A stretch of 59,560 nt of DNA from an uncultured Mycoplasmatota bacterium (GTDB lineage: Bacteria; Bacillota_I; Bacilli_A; RF39; UBA660). A model generated the notes under the pieces. It saw only the letters and a program-made list of their open reading frames with translations. It had not been told where the DNA came from and made no database searches. Of this stretch, positions 18,282-27,818 are shown piece after piece. The translations under genes and the position numbers were made by a program. The stretch's first letter is position 1. Every line of letters starts with the position of its first letter. Location of the stretch: NCBI GenBank assembly GCA_900546745.1, contig URDT01000004.1:1-59560 (forward strand), written 5' to 3'.

Positions 18282-18394
18282 AGAATCCCTTCTTTTTATC
18301 ATTATAAAAAATAGGAAGAAGTAATTTTGTCAAAATAAATGATTTTTATTCATTATATTGTGATATAATGAAAATATTTCAAGGAGGGATTATA

Positions 18395-19072
18395 ATGATT
18401 AAAACTAAAAAAAGAGGATCATTGATTATTATTTCAGGGACTACTTGTGCTGGAAAAGGAACTGTTATTAAAAAATTATTAGAAAGAAATAAAAATATGG
18501 TCTTATCTCTTTCATATACTTCTAGACCTATTAGAAAAGGAGAAGTAGATGGAATTGATTACAAATTTATTTCTCATGAAGAATTTGAAAGAAAAATAAA
18601 AAATGGGGATTTTTTAGAATATGCGAAAGTAAGATATGGAGAATATTTTGGTACTCCAAAAGAGAATATTGAAAATTTACTAGAAGCTGGAAAAGATGTT
18701 ATTCTAGAAATTGATGTACAAGGTGCGAAACAAATTAAGAAAAAGTTACCAGAAACAATTTTAATTTTTATTATGGCTCCTTCCATGGAAGAGATAAAAA
18801 GAAGAATTAAAGCAAGAGGAGCCGAAACAGCAGAGCAAATTGTAGATCGTTTTCAAACTGCTTATAGAGAAATTAATGAGGTAAATAAATATAATTATGT
18901 TGTTGTAAATGATAATTTAGAGGAAGCTATTCAAAAAGTTGAAGCAATTTTAATTAGTGAAAAATGTAGAGTCGATCGTATCGAAGAAATATATGTTGAA
19001 AATAAGGAAGAAATTATTCATGAATTCTTAATTGGAAAAGAATTTAATAATGAAACAAAAAAAATACAATAA
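18395..19072 (+). CDS. gmk: guanylate kinase-like protein
   Basis: ATG at 18395 behind AAGGAGGG. P-loop SGTTCAGKGT, SYTSRPIRKGEVDGIDYKFIS and FLEYAKV..GEYFGTP resemble Gmk. About 30 aa of extra C-terminal tail. Confidence 0.75.
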   Translation: MIKTKKRGSLIIISGTTCAGKGTVIKKLLERNKNMVLSLSYTSRPIRKGEVDGIDYKFISHEEFERKIKNGDFLEYAKVRYGEYFGTPKENIENLLEAGKDVILEIDVQGAKQIKKKLPETILIFIMAPSMEEIKRRIKARGAETAEQIVDRFQTAYREINEVNKYNYVVVNDNLEEAIQKVEAILISEKCRVDRIEEIYVENKEEIIHEFLIGKEFNNETKKIQ

Positions 19073-19093
19073 AACCTCACATATTGTGAGGTT
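19073..19093. terminator. bidirectional hairpin terminator between gmk and the DUF1146 gene
   Basis: 9-bp arms aacctcaca (19073..19081) and tgtgaggtt (19085..19093) with a 3-nt loop. Confidence 0.6.
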
Positions 19094-19289
19094 AAATAAA
19101 TTTTGAATTTAGAAAAAAATCATAAAAAAAATTAACCGTTAAATAGGATAAGGATAAAGAAATCATGAGATATAAAATCCTAGATTGATAATAACGGTTT
19201 TTTTTGAATTTTCCTTCTATATTAAGAGCATCTAAAGCCCATATAGAAATTGGAGTTGTCAAAATATATAAAATTGTTTTAACAGTCAT
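19092..19289 (-). CDS. DUF1146 (YwzB-like) small membrane protein
   Basis: MTVKTILYILTTPISIWALDALN...RILYLMISLSLSYLTVNFF has two TM helices. ATG at 19287..19289 behind GAGGAA, overlapping the end of rpiB. Confidence 0.6.
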   Translation of the reverse strand: MTVKTILYILTTPISIWALDALNIEGKFKKNRYYQSRILYLMISLSLSYLTVNFFYDFFLNSKFI

Positions 19290-19725
19290 GATGTTCCTCA
19301 TAATCAGTAATCAATTTAATTCTTCTCTGATGTCTTTCTTCATTTGAAAATGGTGTTTCTAAAAATGTTTTCACGATTTCAATAGTTTCTTCTTTAGAGT
19401 GTGTAGAAGAAAGGGCTAATACGTTACTATCATTATGAAATCTTGTTAAATATGCTTCTTTTACATTATCAACTTTTGCACATCGAACTGTTTTTACTTT
19501 ATTACAAGCAATTTCCATTCCAATCCCTGTCGTACAAACTAAGATACCTTTTTCAATTTGTTTTGTACGAACAGCCTCTCCTACCTGTAAAGCATATATT
19601 GGATAATCTGTAGATTCTTCATTATATGTCCCATAGTCATGATAATGAATATGATTGCTTTCTAAATATTCGATAATAATTTGTTTTGTTTGAAATCCTC
19701 CATGATCTGAACCAATTCCTATCAT
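19279..19725 (-). CDS. rpiB: ribose-5-phosphate isomerase B
   Basis: 148 aa. MIGIGSDHGGF...GILVCTTGIGMEIACNK matches the RpiB/LacAB family. Confidence 0.9.
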   Translation of the reverse strand: MIGIGSDHGGFQTKQIIIEYLESNHIHYHDYGTYNEESTDYPIYALQVGEAVRTKQIEKGILVCTTGIGMEIACNKVKTVRCAKVDNVKEAYLTRFHNDSNVLALSSTHSKEETIEIVKTFLETPFSNEERHQRRIKLITDYEEHHDC

Positions 19726-20963
19726 TTTTTCACCTTCTTTAATTGATTATAAAATGTAAACATTATTTTATATATAGAATAATAAAATGAATTTGTAATT
19801 AAAGTAAATTCACCTATTAATTCTACTACTTTAGAATTAAATCCTCGTTTAAAATCAAATAGTCCAAACATTGGATCACTTTCATCAAAGGCAGGATCAA
19901 TTCCATAAAAATTAAATTTTTGATAATGATTTGTTAAACCATATTGAATCATTTTCCATTGTAATAAATATTGAGAGTTAAGATGCATAAATGGTTTTAA
20001 ACTTGCTCCAAATAAATACACGATTTGATTTCCAAATAACATGTATAATCCACCAGCAATAGTAACGTTATTGCCATATTTTTGTTTTAATTCGGTTGTA
20101 TTTGTTATTTTTTTAGAAATACTATTGATTTGACTTTCTAATTCTTTTTTTTGTCCCTCTTTTGTTATTTTTTGAAGTTTCTTTTTAATTTCATCAATTT
20201 CATCTTGATATCTTTTAATTTGTTTTGTAGCATCAAAATCAACTAATAAAACTTTAATATGATTTGTTGAAATAAAGGATTGATACATAGTTTTATAATA
20301 ACTCAAAGGTCTATCAATAAAGCCCCTTCTTTCTGAGGTATGTTTCATTAATTCTTTAAATTGTTTTAAGTCATCTGAATTGGCTTCTTTTACAGTAAGA
20401 CTATTTTTACTAGAATTTTTAATGCTCCAACGTGTGGTAGAACGCATTTCCTTTAATAATAATTCTTCTGTTTTGTTTTCTAAGTCCAAAACAGAAAGAA
20501 ATCTAGGCTCTAAATCTCTATGATTATAAAATCCATTATGTTGAAAACCTAATTTTTTTAAATGTTCTACTAGATTTTTATTATTAATACCATTTTCAAC
20601 AATATCACCATCGATATTTCTTTCTTGATAAATAATTAATGGATTCATTTTTACAAATATTCCTTTATTTGTCTTTACATAATCTTTTATTTTTGATATA
20701 AATTCATCCAATTGTTCATAATTATTGTAATCTGTTAAAAAACCTCTAGGAGCATAATAAATATATCGATTAAAAATCGGTATTTTTTTTGCTAATAAAA
20801 GAGTAGCAGATGTAATTTTACTATTCTCTTTTAATCCTACTAAATGTGGTATCCAACCTGTTGATTGTTTTAATTTACCCCAATAGGAGCTTTGAAAAAA
20901 AATGCTATTAGGATGATGTATGGCAAATTTATTAAATTCTTCTTCTGTTAATTTTGTAATCAT
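19722..20963 (-). CDS. FemAB-family peptidoglycan interpeptide-bridge aminoacyltransferase
   Basis: 413 aa. FFQSSYWG..., YAPRGF and an internal coiled-coil insertion (DEIDEIKKKLQKITKEGQKKELESQINS), as in FemA/FemB/MurM proteins. Confidence 0.85.
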   Translation of the reverse strand: MITKLTEEEFNKFAIHHPNSIFFQSSYWGKLKQSTGWIPHLVGLKENSKITSATLLLAKKIPIFNRYIYYAPRGFLTDYNNYEQLDEFISKIKDYVKTNKGIFVKMNPLIIYQERNIDGDIVENGINNKNLVEHLKKLGFQHNGFYNHRDLEPRFLSVLDLENKTEELLLKEMRSTTRWSIKNSSKNSLTVKEANSDDLKQFKELMKHTSERRGFIDRPLSYYKTMYQSFISTNHIKVLLVDFDATKQIKRYQDEIDEIKKKLQKITKEGQKKELESQINSISKKITNTTELKQKYGNNVTIAGGLYMLFGNQIVYLFGASLKPFMHLNSQYLLQWKMIQYGLTNHYQKFNFYGIDPAFDESDPMFGLFDFKRGFNSKVVELIGEFTLITNSFYYSIYKIMFTFYNQLKKVKK

Positions 20964-21050
20964 ATTATCACTCTCTTCGTTATTATACTATATTTTTTTT
21001 ATGAAGTCACTAAGGTTGTGGTATAATAGAAAATAGATTGGAGTGAAACA

Positions 21051-22589
21051 ATGAATAAAGATTCTAGAACTAAAAATTCTATTCGGAATTCCACAATTTC
21101 TATTACAACACAAATTCTAACGGTTATTATGGATTTTGTTGTAAAAACGATTTTTATCAAAGTATTAGGTGACGAATATTTAGGAATTAATGGTTTATTT
21201 GCGAATATTATTACACTTTTATCTTTAGCTGATCTTGGAGTGGGTATTGCCATACCATATAGTTTATATAGGCCTCTTGCAGAAAAAAATGAGCAAAAAA
21301 TTAAAGTTTTAATGAAATTCTATAAAAAAACTTATAATTTAATTGGATGTGTTGTTTTAGCTATTGGAATTTCTTTAACTCCATTTTTAAATTTCATTAT
21401 CAAAGATATGCCAAATATACCTGGGATCTATTTTATTTATATTCTATTTGTTACTCACTCTGCTTTAAGTTATTTCTTTGTTTATAAAAAATTTCTAATT
21501 GAATCTGACCAAAAAGGATATATCGTTTCTAGGATTACTTTTATTTGTTCATTTGCTTTAAATATTGTCAGAGTCATTGTATTATTAATTACAAAAAACT
21601 TTATTCTATATTTATTCTGTAGTATTATTTTTGTTTTAATTCAAAATTTTTGGTATTCTTATAAAGCAAATAAAATGTATCCATATATTACGAAAAAAAC
21701 AGACGAAAATATCTCAAAAGAAGATTTTAAAGAAATTTCTAACAATGTATCTTCTTTGTTAATTTATAAAATTGGAAATGTTATTACTAGTGGTACTGAT
21801 AATATTGTTATTTCTAAATTTATTGGTTTAGTAGCAGTAGGTATTTATTCTAATTATGTATTAATTTCTAATTCATTAGTTAATGTTTTAACGCAAATAT
21901 TTAATGCTATTACTGCTAGCATTGGAAATTTGGTTGTTACCAATAATGAACGAAGTAAAAATATTTATGAAAATTTAAATTTTTTCTGCTTTTGGATTTA
22001 TTCATTATGTAGTATTTGCTTATTTATATTAATTAATCCTTTTATTCAAATTTGGTTAGGAAAAAACTATGTTTTATCAACAACTGTTTCTTTCTTCTTA
22101 GCTCTAAATTTTTATATTATGGGGATGCAATCTGTTACAAATTCTTTTAGAACTGCTTATGGATTATTCTATAAAGCAAGATTTCGTCCTATTGTAATGG
22201 TGATTATTAATATTATTGTATCTATTATTTTAGTTGGTCCTCTTGGAATCTCTGGTGTTTTAATTGGAACAATTATAAGTCGACTTTTAACTGTTGCTTG
22301 GTTAGATCCTTATATTGTCTATAAATATGGATTTCAAGATAATCCTAAAAAATATTATCAAACCTATGTTTCTTATCTCATTATATTTTTAGTACAATGT
22401 TTTGTTCTTTTCTATATTTGTAGTTTCATTCATACTATTAATATTTTTACTTGGATTATAATGGCTATTATTATTTTATTATTTTATAATCTTACTTTAT
22501 ATTTGTTATTTTCAAAAACAAAAGAATTTCAGTTTTTTTATCAAAAAGGATATCAATTTATTCAAAAAATAAAAAGGAGAAATGCATAA
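21051..22589 (+). CDS. MOP-superfamily (Wzx/MurJ-like) oligosaccharide/lipid-linked precursor flippase
   Basis: 512 aa with about 12-14 TM helices. The N-terminus NSIRNSTISITTQILTVIMDFVVKTIFIKVLGDEYLGINGLF is typical of polysaccharide biosynthesis flippases. Confidence 0.8.
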   Translation: MNKDSRTKNSIRNSTISITTQILTVIMDFVVKTIFIKVLGDEYLGINGLFANIITLLSLADLGVGIAIPYSLYRPLAEKNEQKIKVLMKFYKKTYNLIGCVVLAIGISLTPFLNFIIKDMPNIPGIYFIYILFVTHSALSYFFVYKKFLIESDQKGYIVSRITFICSFALNIVRVIVLLITKNFILYLFCSIIFVLIQNFWYSYKANKMYPYITKKTDENISKEDFKEISNNVSSLLIYKIGNVITSGTDNIVISKFIGLVAVGIYSNYVLISNSLVNVLTQIFNAITASIGNLVVTNNERSKNIYENLNFFCFWIYSLCSICLFILINPFIQIWLGKNYVLSTTVSFFLALNFYIMGMQSVTNSFRTAYGLFYKARFRPIVMVIINIIVSIILVGPLGISGVLIGTIISRLLTVAWLDPYIVYKYGFQDNPKKYYQTYVSYLIIFLVQCFVLFYICSFIHTINIFTWIIMAIIILLFYNLTLYLLFSKTKEFQFFYQKGYQFIQKIKRRNA

Positions 22590-23857
22590 TGAATTTTATA
22601 GAAAATGTAGAAAAAAAAGAATATGAGGAATTTGTAAAAAATCATCCAAAATCACATTTTATGCAAAGCTACTATTGGGGAGAGGTAATGAAACATAAAA
22701 ATTTCACCCCTCATTATGTAGGTATAAAGAAAGATGGAAAACTAATAGCTACTGCGTTGTTATTAAAAAAACATTTATTAAAAAATTATTGTTATTTTTA
22801 TGCCCCTAGAGGATATATTTTAGATTATGATAATCTTGATGTTATTGAACATTTTACAAAAAGTTTAAAAGAATATGGAAAAAAACATCATGCTTTATTT
22901 ATTAAAATTGATCCAGATATTAAACTTCACAGTTTAGATTTGGATGGAAATGTTGTTGGAGAGTTAAATCGCATGCCACTCATTGATTTTCTAAAAAAAT
23001 TAGGATATCGTCACATGGGATTTAATAAACAATTTACTGGAGAACAACCAAGATTTACTTTTCGACTAAATTTAGATGATGATTTCAATTCTATTTATGG
23101 AAGAATTCATCCTACTACAAGAAAAATATTAAATAAGGGAAATCAGTATAATCTAGATATGTATATTGGAGATGAAACTGATATTGATGATTTTTATCAA
23201 ACAATGATTGATACAGCAGAAAGAGAGCATTTAAAGAAAACGCCTATTTCTTATTATCAGAATTTTTATACTATTTTAAATCAATATGATATGTCTGATT
23301 TATATATTGTAAAAGTAAAAATAGAAGACTTGAAAAAAACTTATCAAAATAGAATTGATGACATTCATTTAGAAATTGATACTCTTAATAAAACAGAATA
23401 CAAAAATGAAAAGAAAAAAGAAAATCTAATGAATGATTTAAACAAAAAATTGGAACATGCTGAACAAGAAATGGAAGAAATTAATAGTATTCAAAAAGAT
23501 GAAGTTATTCTTTCTTCTATTATTACGGTAAAATATGGAAATAAAGTTTGGACAATTCATGGTGGAAATTCGAATGTACTTCGTGAATTAAATTCTAATT
23601 ATTTATTATATTATCAAATTATAAAAGATGCTCATAGTAATGGATATAAAGTGATTGACTTCTTTGGTACTTCCGGTGAAGCAAATCCTGACAAAAGTAA
23701 TCCTATCTATGGTATTCACAATTTTAAGAAAAGACTTGGTGGAGAATATACAGAATTTATCGGAGAATTTGATTTTGTTATTCATCCATTCTTATATTTT
23801 AGTTATAAAAAACTATTACCTATTTATAGAAAAATCGCACAAAAAAAGAAGAATTAA
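22589..23857 (+). CDS. FemAB-family peptidoglycan interpeptide-bridge aminoacyltransferase (second copy)
   Basis: 422 aa. FMQSYYWG, YAPRGY, a coiled-coil insertion and IHGGNS...YLLYY. The start overlaps the flippase stop (TAATG). Confidence 0.85.
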   Translation: MNFIENVEKKEYEEFVKNHPKSHFMQSYYWGEVMKHKNFTPHYVGIKKDGKLIATALLLKKHLLKNYCYFYAPRGYILDYDNLDVIEHFTKSLKEYGKKHHALFIKIDPDIKLHSLDLDGNVVGELNRMPLIDFLKKLGYRHMGFNKQFTGEQPRFTFRLNLDDDFNSIYGRIHPTTRKILNKGNQYNLDMYIGDETDIDDFYQTMIDTAEREHLKKTPISYYQNFYTILNQYDMSDLYIVKVKIEDLKKTYQNRIDDIHLEIDTLNKTEYKNEKKKENLMNDLNKKLEHAEQEMEEINSIQKDEVILSSIITVKYGNKVWTIHGGNSNVLRELNSNYLLYYQIIKDAHSNGYKVIDFFGTSGEANPDKSNPIYGIHNFKKRLGGEYTEFIGEFDFVIHPFLYFSYKKLLPIYRKIAQKKKN

Positions 23858-23871
23858 TTTTCTTCTTTTTT
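23842..23871. terminator. bidirectional hairpin at the convergent ends of femAB-2 and rpmE
   Basis: Arms aaaaaagaagaa (23842..23853) and ttcttctttttt (23860..23871) with a 6-nt loop spanning both stop codons. Confidence 0.45.
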
Positions 23872-24069
23872 GTCAAATCCATATTTACGGTTGAACATTT
23901 CAACACGACCTGTTTTAGAAACAGCTCCTTGAACTCCTGTATAAAATGGATGACATTTATTACAAGTTTCAAGATGTAATTCTGGAACATTTGATTTTAC
24001 TGTAAAAATATTTCCACAAGCACATGTTACTTTTGTATCCATATAATTTGGATGAATATTCTTTTTCAT
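23854..24069 (-). CDS. rpmE: 50S ribosomal protein L31 (zinc-binding type)
   Basis: MKKNIHPNYMDTKVTCACGNIFTVKSN...CNKCHPFYTG. Start moved to the ATG at 24067..24069 behind GGAGAG. Confidence 0.92.
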   Translation of the reverse strand: MKKNIHPNYMDTKVTCACGNIFTVKSNVPELHLETCNKCHPFYTGVQGAVSKTGRVEMFNRKYGFDKKEEN

Positions 24070-24169
24070 TTGATACTCTCCTTCCGCCATGACTTTCATT
24101 TAAGTCATAGAAATTTAATGCTTCTATATTATAACAAGTAATTTATAAAAAGGCAAGTATTTTATTAAT

Positions 24170-24799
24170 TCATTTTTTATTGATAATATCATTATAAATC
24201 TTTTCATTATTTTTATCTTCATTTAAATTTTCTACATCAATAAATTTTATATTATAGTTTTTTGAAAGATCTTTTACTTTTAAATTAATATAATCATAGA
24301 TTTCATCATAATAATCTGAATGCATATTATAAAATCCTATAAAATAAATATCTTCTTTACAGTATTTTCGAATCATTATAAACATTTTTTCAATATCTGA
24401 TATTAAAGTATCACAATAAGAAAATAATTCATTAATTTCAGTTGTATCTATTTTATAATTTAATTCATTATCTCCCATTTTTACAGTAAGAATATCTGAT
24501 TTAATTAAAGCATTTTGAAGTGTTTGATCACGATTATCTATTGTAATTACTTTATTAGATTCAATATCATGAATTAAATCTGTTATTCTATAATCTTGAT
24601 CAGAAAAATTATTAATATATTTCTCGAGTTTATTATTACGTTCTAAATTTTCAAAGATTAATTCGTTATAAGATTTTACTTGATTATATTTTAAATCTGT
24701 TATATTTAAATAATATATTTTTTTATCTAAATTTAAAATATATATTCCAAATATCATAAGAACAATAATTCCTAAAACTAACAATGTTTTTATTTTCAT
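24170..24799 (-). CDS. hypothetical membrane-anchored protein
   Basis: 209-aa ORF with an N-terminal TM helix (LLVLGIIVLMIFGIYIL) and an N/D/Y-rich extracytoplasmic part. No catalytic motif recognised. Confidence 0.5.
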   Translation of the reverse strand: MKIKTLLVLGIIVLMIFGIYILNLDKKIYYLNITDLKYNQVKSYNELIFENLERNNKLEKYINNFSDQDYRITDLIHDIESNKVITIDNRDQTLQNALIKSDILTVKMGDNELNYKIDTTEINELFSYCDTLISDIEKMFIMIRKYCKEDIYFIGFYNMHSDYYDEIYDYINLKVKDLSKNYNIKFIDVENLNEDKNNEKIYNDIINKK

Positions 24800-24838
24800 A
24801 AAAACCTCCTAAAAAAAATAGAGTTATACTCTATTTAA

Positions 24839-26092
24839 TTATATATCTAGTAGTTCTATTTTAGCACCAATAGACTCTAATTTCCCAACAATGTTTTCAT
24901 ATCCTCTCAATATATGTTCTACATTAGTTATAGTAGTTGTTCCATGAGCTACTAGTCCTGCTAAAACCATGCATGCTCCTGCTCTTAAGTCTGTTGCTTC
25001 TACCATAGCCCCCTTTAATTTCGTAGGTCCACTGATAAATATTTTTTTACCTTCTATATTTATATTAGCTCCCATTTGATTTAAATATTTTACATTATTA
25101 AAACGATTTTCATAAATTGTTTCTTCTACAATAGATAAACCTGTAGCTTGTGTTAATAAAACTGTCATAATTTGTTGTAAATCTGTAGGAAAACCAGGGT
25201 ATCCAAGTGTTTTGATCTTAGCTGATTTTAAATTGGAAATAGCTGATACTGTAATAGAATCTTTATTTATTTTTAATGAAACACCCATATCTAATAATTT
25301 ATTAATTAATGACTCTAAGTGATTAGGAATCACATTATTAATGGTCAAATTAGATCCTACTAAAGCCCCTGCAATTAAATAAGTACCTGCCTCAATACGA
25401 TCCGGAATTACTTCCGTAAAACAACCTTTTAATTCATTCACACCAACGATTTCAATCTGACTAGTTCCTGCCCCATTTATTTTAGCTCCCATTTGATTTA
25501 AAAAAGTCGCAACACTAACAATTTCTGGTTCTTTCGCAGCATTGTATATTGTTGTTAAACCATCTGCTTTAGTAGCAACTAACATAGCATTGATAGTTGC
25601 TCCAACACTCGGCATATCCAAATAAATATCATTTCCAATTAGTCGTTCTGCTGTAATAATATATTTATTATTTTCTTCTATTACTTTTGCTCCTAATAGT
25701 TTAAAAGATTTTAAAGTTTGATCAATTGGTCTACTTCCAATATTACATCCACCAGGAAAATACATTTCTACTTTTTTATATTTAGCAAGCAGAGCTGACA
25801 TAAAATAATAGGATGCTCTTAATTTTTTTGATATTAATTCTGGAATTTCTTTATTTTCTAATTTTGTTGGATCTATTTTTATATAAGAATCTTTTCTTGT
25901 TACTCTAACATTTAGGTATTCTAAAATTTCATCTAATGCTTCTATATCTGAAATATTTGGTATATTTTCTAACTCCACTATACCATCAGACATAATGGAA
26001 GCTGGTATTAAGGCAACTGCACTATTTTTAGCACCACTAATATTAACTGTTCCTGTTAAGGTTTGTTCTCCATTTATCACTAATTTTTTCAT
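24839..26092 (-). CDS. murA: UDP-N-acetylglucosamine 1-carboxyvinyltransferase
   Basis: MKKLVINGEQTLTGTVNISGAKNSAVALIPA...GGCNIGSRPID...RAG match MurA. Start moved to the ATG at 26090..26092 behind GGAGG. Confidence 0.93.
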   Translation of the reverse strand: MKKLVINGEQTLTGTVNISGAKNSAVALIPASIMSDGIVELENIPNISDIEALDEILEYLNVRVTRKDSYIKIDPTKLENKEIPELISKKLRASYYFMSALLAKYKKVEMYFPGGCNIGSRPIDQTLKSFKLLGAKVIEENNKYIITAERLIGNDIYLDMPSVGATINAMLVATKADGLTTIYNAAKEPEIVSVATFLNQMGAKINGAGTSQIEIVGVNELKGCFTEVIPDRIEAGTYLIAGALVGSNLTINNVIPNHLESLINKLLDMGVSLKINKDSITVSAISNLKSAKIKTLGYPGFPTDLQQIMTVLLTQATGLSIVEETIYENRFNNVKYLNQMGANINIEGKKIFISGPTKLKGAMVEATDLRAGACMVLAGLVAHGTTTITNVEHILRGYENIVGKLESIGAKIELLDI

Positions 26093-26202
26093 AAAAACCT
26101 CCTGATTCATTAAGCTATCTAATTTACTATATGTAATATTGAAATAATTGACAATAGTCTACTATGTATTATCATTATAATATCTTTTGAATATTTTGTC
26201 TA

Positions 26203-26733
26203 TTAAAATAAATAGATTAACCCGATTATAATTAAAGTGATTCCACCAAATATAGTAGATATTGTACCTACGATATCATTTATTTTTTTGCCTAATACGA
26301 GTCCTAAAAATGTAAATATTGAACTAACAATCATAAATACAATAGCAGCAATATAAGGAATGTTATAAATTAATTTTAAGCCTAATCCAACAGAAAAGCT
26401 ATCTAAGGAAACAGCAAATCCAAATATCATCATTTCCATAAAATTTAATATTTTTACATTTCTATCTTGTTTAAAGGATTCTATAATCATTTCTAAACCA
26501 ATTAAAAATAATACTAAAAATATTAAAGCATTCGTTGAAATTGGTAATATATGAATAATTGTGTTTCCTACTGTCATTCCAAGAAGTGGCATAAAAAAAT
26601 GATATAATCCTACAATTACCGACAATATCTTTATTTGTTTAAATTCCATATTTAATGTTCCATATGCAAGTGATAAACTGAAAGCATCCATACTGAGTGA
26701 AATTGCAATTGCTATAACCATAATTAATGACAT
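26203..26733 (-). CDS. MntP/YtaF-family (DUF204) membrane protein
   Basis: 176 aa with six TM helices and duplicated DAFS/DSFS motifs (SLSMDAFSLS, AVSLDSFSVG). No yybP-ykoY leader fits in the 50-nt upstream gap, so the sporulation-type YtaF is favoured. Confidence 0.7.
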   Translation of the reverse strand: MSLIMVIAIAISLSMDAFSLSLAYGTLNMEFKQIKILSVIVGLYHFFMPLLGMTVGNTIIHILPISTNALIFLVLFLIGLEMIIESFKQDRNVKILNFMEMMIFGFAVSLDSFSVGLGLKLIYNIPYIAAIVFMIVSSIFTFLGLVLGKKINDIVGTISTIFGGITLIIIGLIYLF

Positions 26734-26783
26734 ATAAAAACCTCCTAAGTAATAGTACTTAAAAGGTTGGATAATTATGATTA

Positions 26784-27302
26784 TTATAAATATTTGTCGA
26801 TTAATTCTTTTATGAATGATTTATATTCTACATGATCAGATTCTTCTGCTTCTACAATACAAAGTGGTGGAAATAATACGCACCACCAATTATCTCCTTT
26901 TCCTTCTCCTAATGTTATTAAAAGAGATTCATAATAACCCTCATCATATGTAACTCCTTTAAAATTCTTCTGTGGAAAATAATGTGACCCAAAGTCAATA
27001 TTAAAATCTTTATCATAGTTTTCATCTTCTAATATTTTTTGAACTTTTAAACTAAGATTGGGTATATTTTCTTTTATTATCTTTCTCGCTTCATCAATTC
27101 CCTTCGTATTTTTTAATAAATTATATAAATCTATTTGTATTTGGTCTCTTACCTGTAATTTTATTTCTTGATCATATTTACTATTACTATTGGCAAGTAC
27201 TCTTAGTCTAATGGCATCATCTGGTATAATATTTTCACTTGCTTTTATATTTTTTGTAAATAGAAATAAAATTATTAAAATCGGAATTATTAGTTTTTTC
27301 AT
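26784..27302 (-). CDS. spoIIR: stage II sporulation protein R
   Basis: Signal peptide, then IRLRVLANSNSKYDQEIKLQVRDQI and GDNWWCVLFPPLC, the SpoIIR signature. Start moved to the ATG at 27300..27302 behind GGAG. Confidence 0.85.
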   Translation of the reverse strand: MKKLIIPILIILFLFTKNIKASENIIPDDAIRLRVLANSNSKYDQEIKLQVRDQIQIDLYNLLKNTKGIDEARKIIKENIPNLSLKVQKILEDENYDKDFNIDFGSHYFPQKNFKGVTYDEGYYESLLITLGEGKGDNWWCVLFPPLCIVEAEESDHVEYKSFIKELIDKYL

Positions 27303-27371
27303 AAGATCATCTCCTATTACATAATGTCCTATTTGAATTGATTTATTCAAAAAAAAAGAGAAAATTTCTCT

Positions 27372-27818
27372 TTATTTATGATAAGATTCATTATTTATAA
27401 TTTTAAAGCTCCTATAAATTTGTTCTAATAATAAAACGCGAAATAATTGATGTGGAAAAGTCATCTTTGAAAAGGATAATTTATAATTACTCCTTTTTTT
27501 TATTTCATCAGATAACCCATAAGATCCACCAATCACGAACGTAATATTAGAAAAGTTAATCAATGTTTGATCTATTTTTTTTGATAATTCAACAGAATCT
27601 ATCATATTTCCATCTATTTCTAAAGTCACTACATAATCATGATCATTAATATATCTAATAATATGATTTTTTTCTTTTTCTAAAATATTTCCATTAGATT
27701 CATCATTCACTTCAATAATTTCTAATTTTGTAAATTTTTTTAATCTTTTTTCATATTCTGAAATTGCTGATCTTAAATATTGTTCTTTTATTTTTCCAAC
27801 ACATATTATTTTAATCAT
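27372..27818 (-). CDS. rlmH: 23S rRNA (pseudouridine1915-N3)-methyltransferase RlmH
   Basis: 148 aa. MIKIICVGKIKEQYL...FVIGGSYGL...LSFSKMTFPHQLFRVLLLEQIYR matches the SPOUT RlmH family. Confidence 0.9.
   Translation of the reverse strand: MIKIICVGKIKEQYLRSAISEYEKRLKKFTKLEIIEVNDESNGNILEKEKNHIIRYINDHDYVVTLEIDGNMIDSVELSKKIDQTLINFSNITFVIGGSYGLSDEIKKRSNYKLSFSKMTFPHQLFRVLLLEQIYRSFKIINNESYHK

Noticed and set aside
18395-19072. A guanylate kinase-like gene outside the usual gmk-rpoZ context with an atypical P-loop (GTTCAGKGT)
   Set aside because: The overall Gmk motifs are present. Without the rest of the genome I cannot tell whether it is a paralogue, so it is not reported as a finding.
20999-21253. 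ORF 20999..21253 (-) overlapping the flippase start
   Set aside because: It is antisense to the well-supported flippase N-terminus and has no RBS.
26734-26783. A yybP-ykoY manganese riboswitch upstream of the MntP/YtaF-family gene
   Set aside because: Only about 50 nt separate it from spoIIR, far too short for that riboswitch, and no conserved riboswitch helices are visible.
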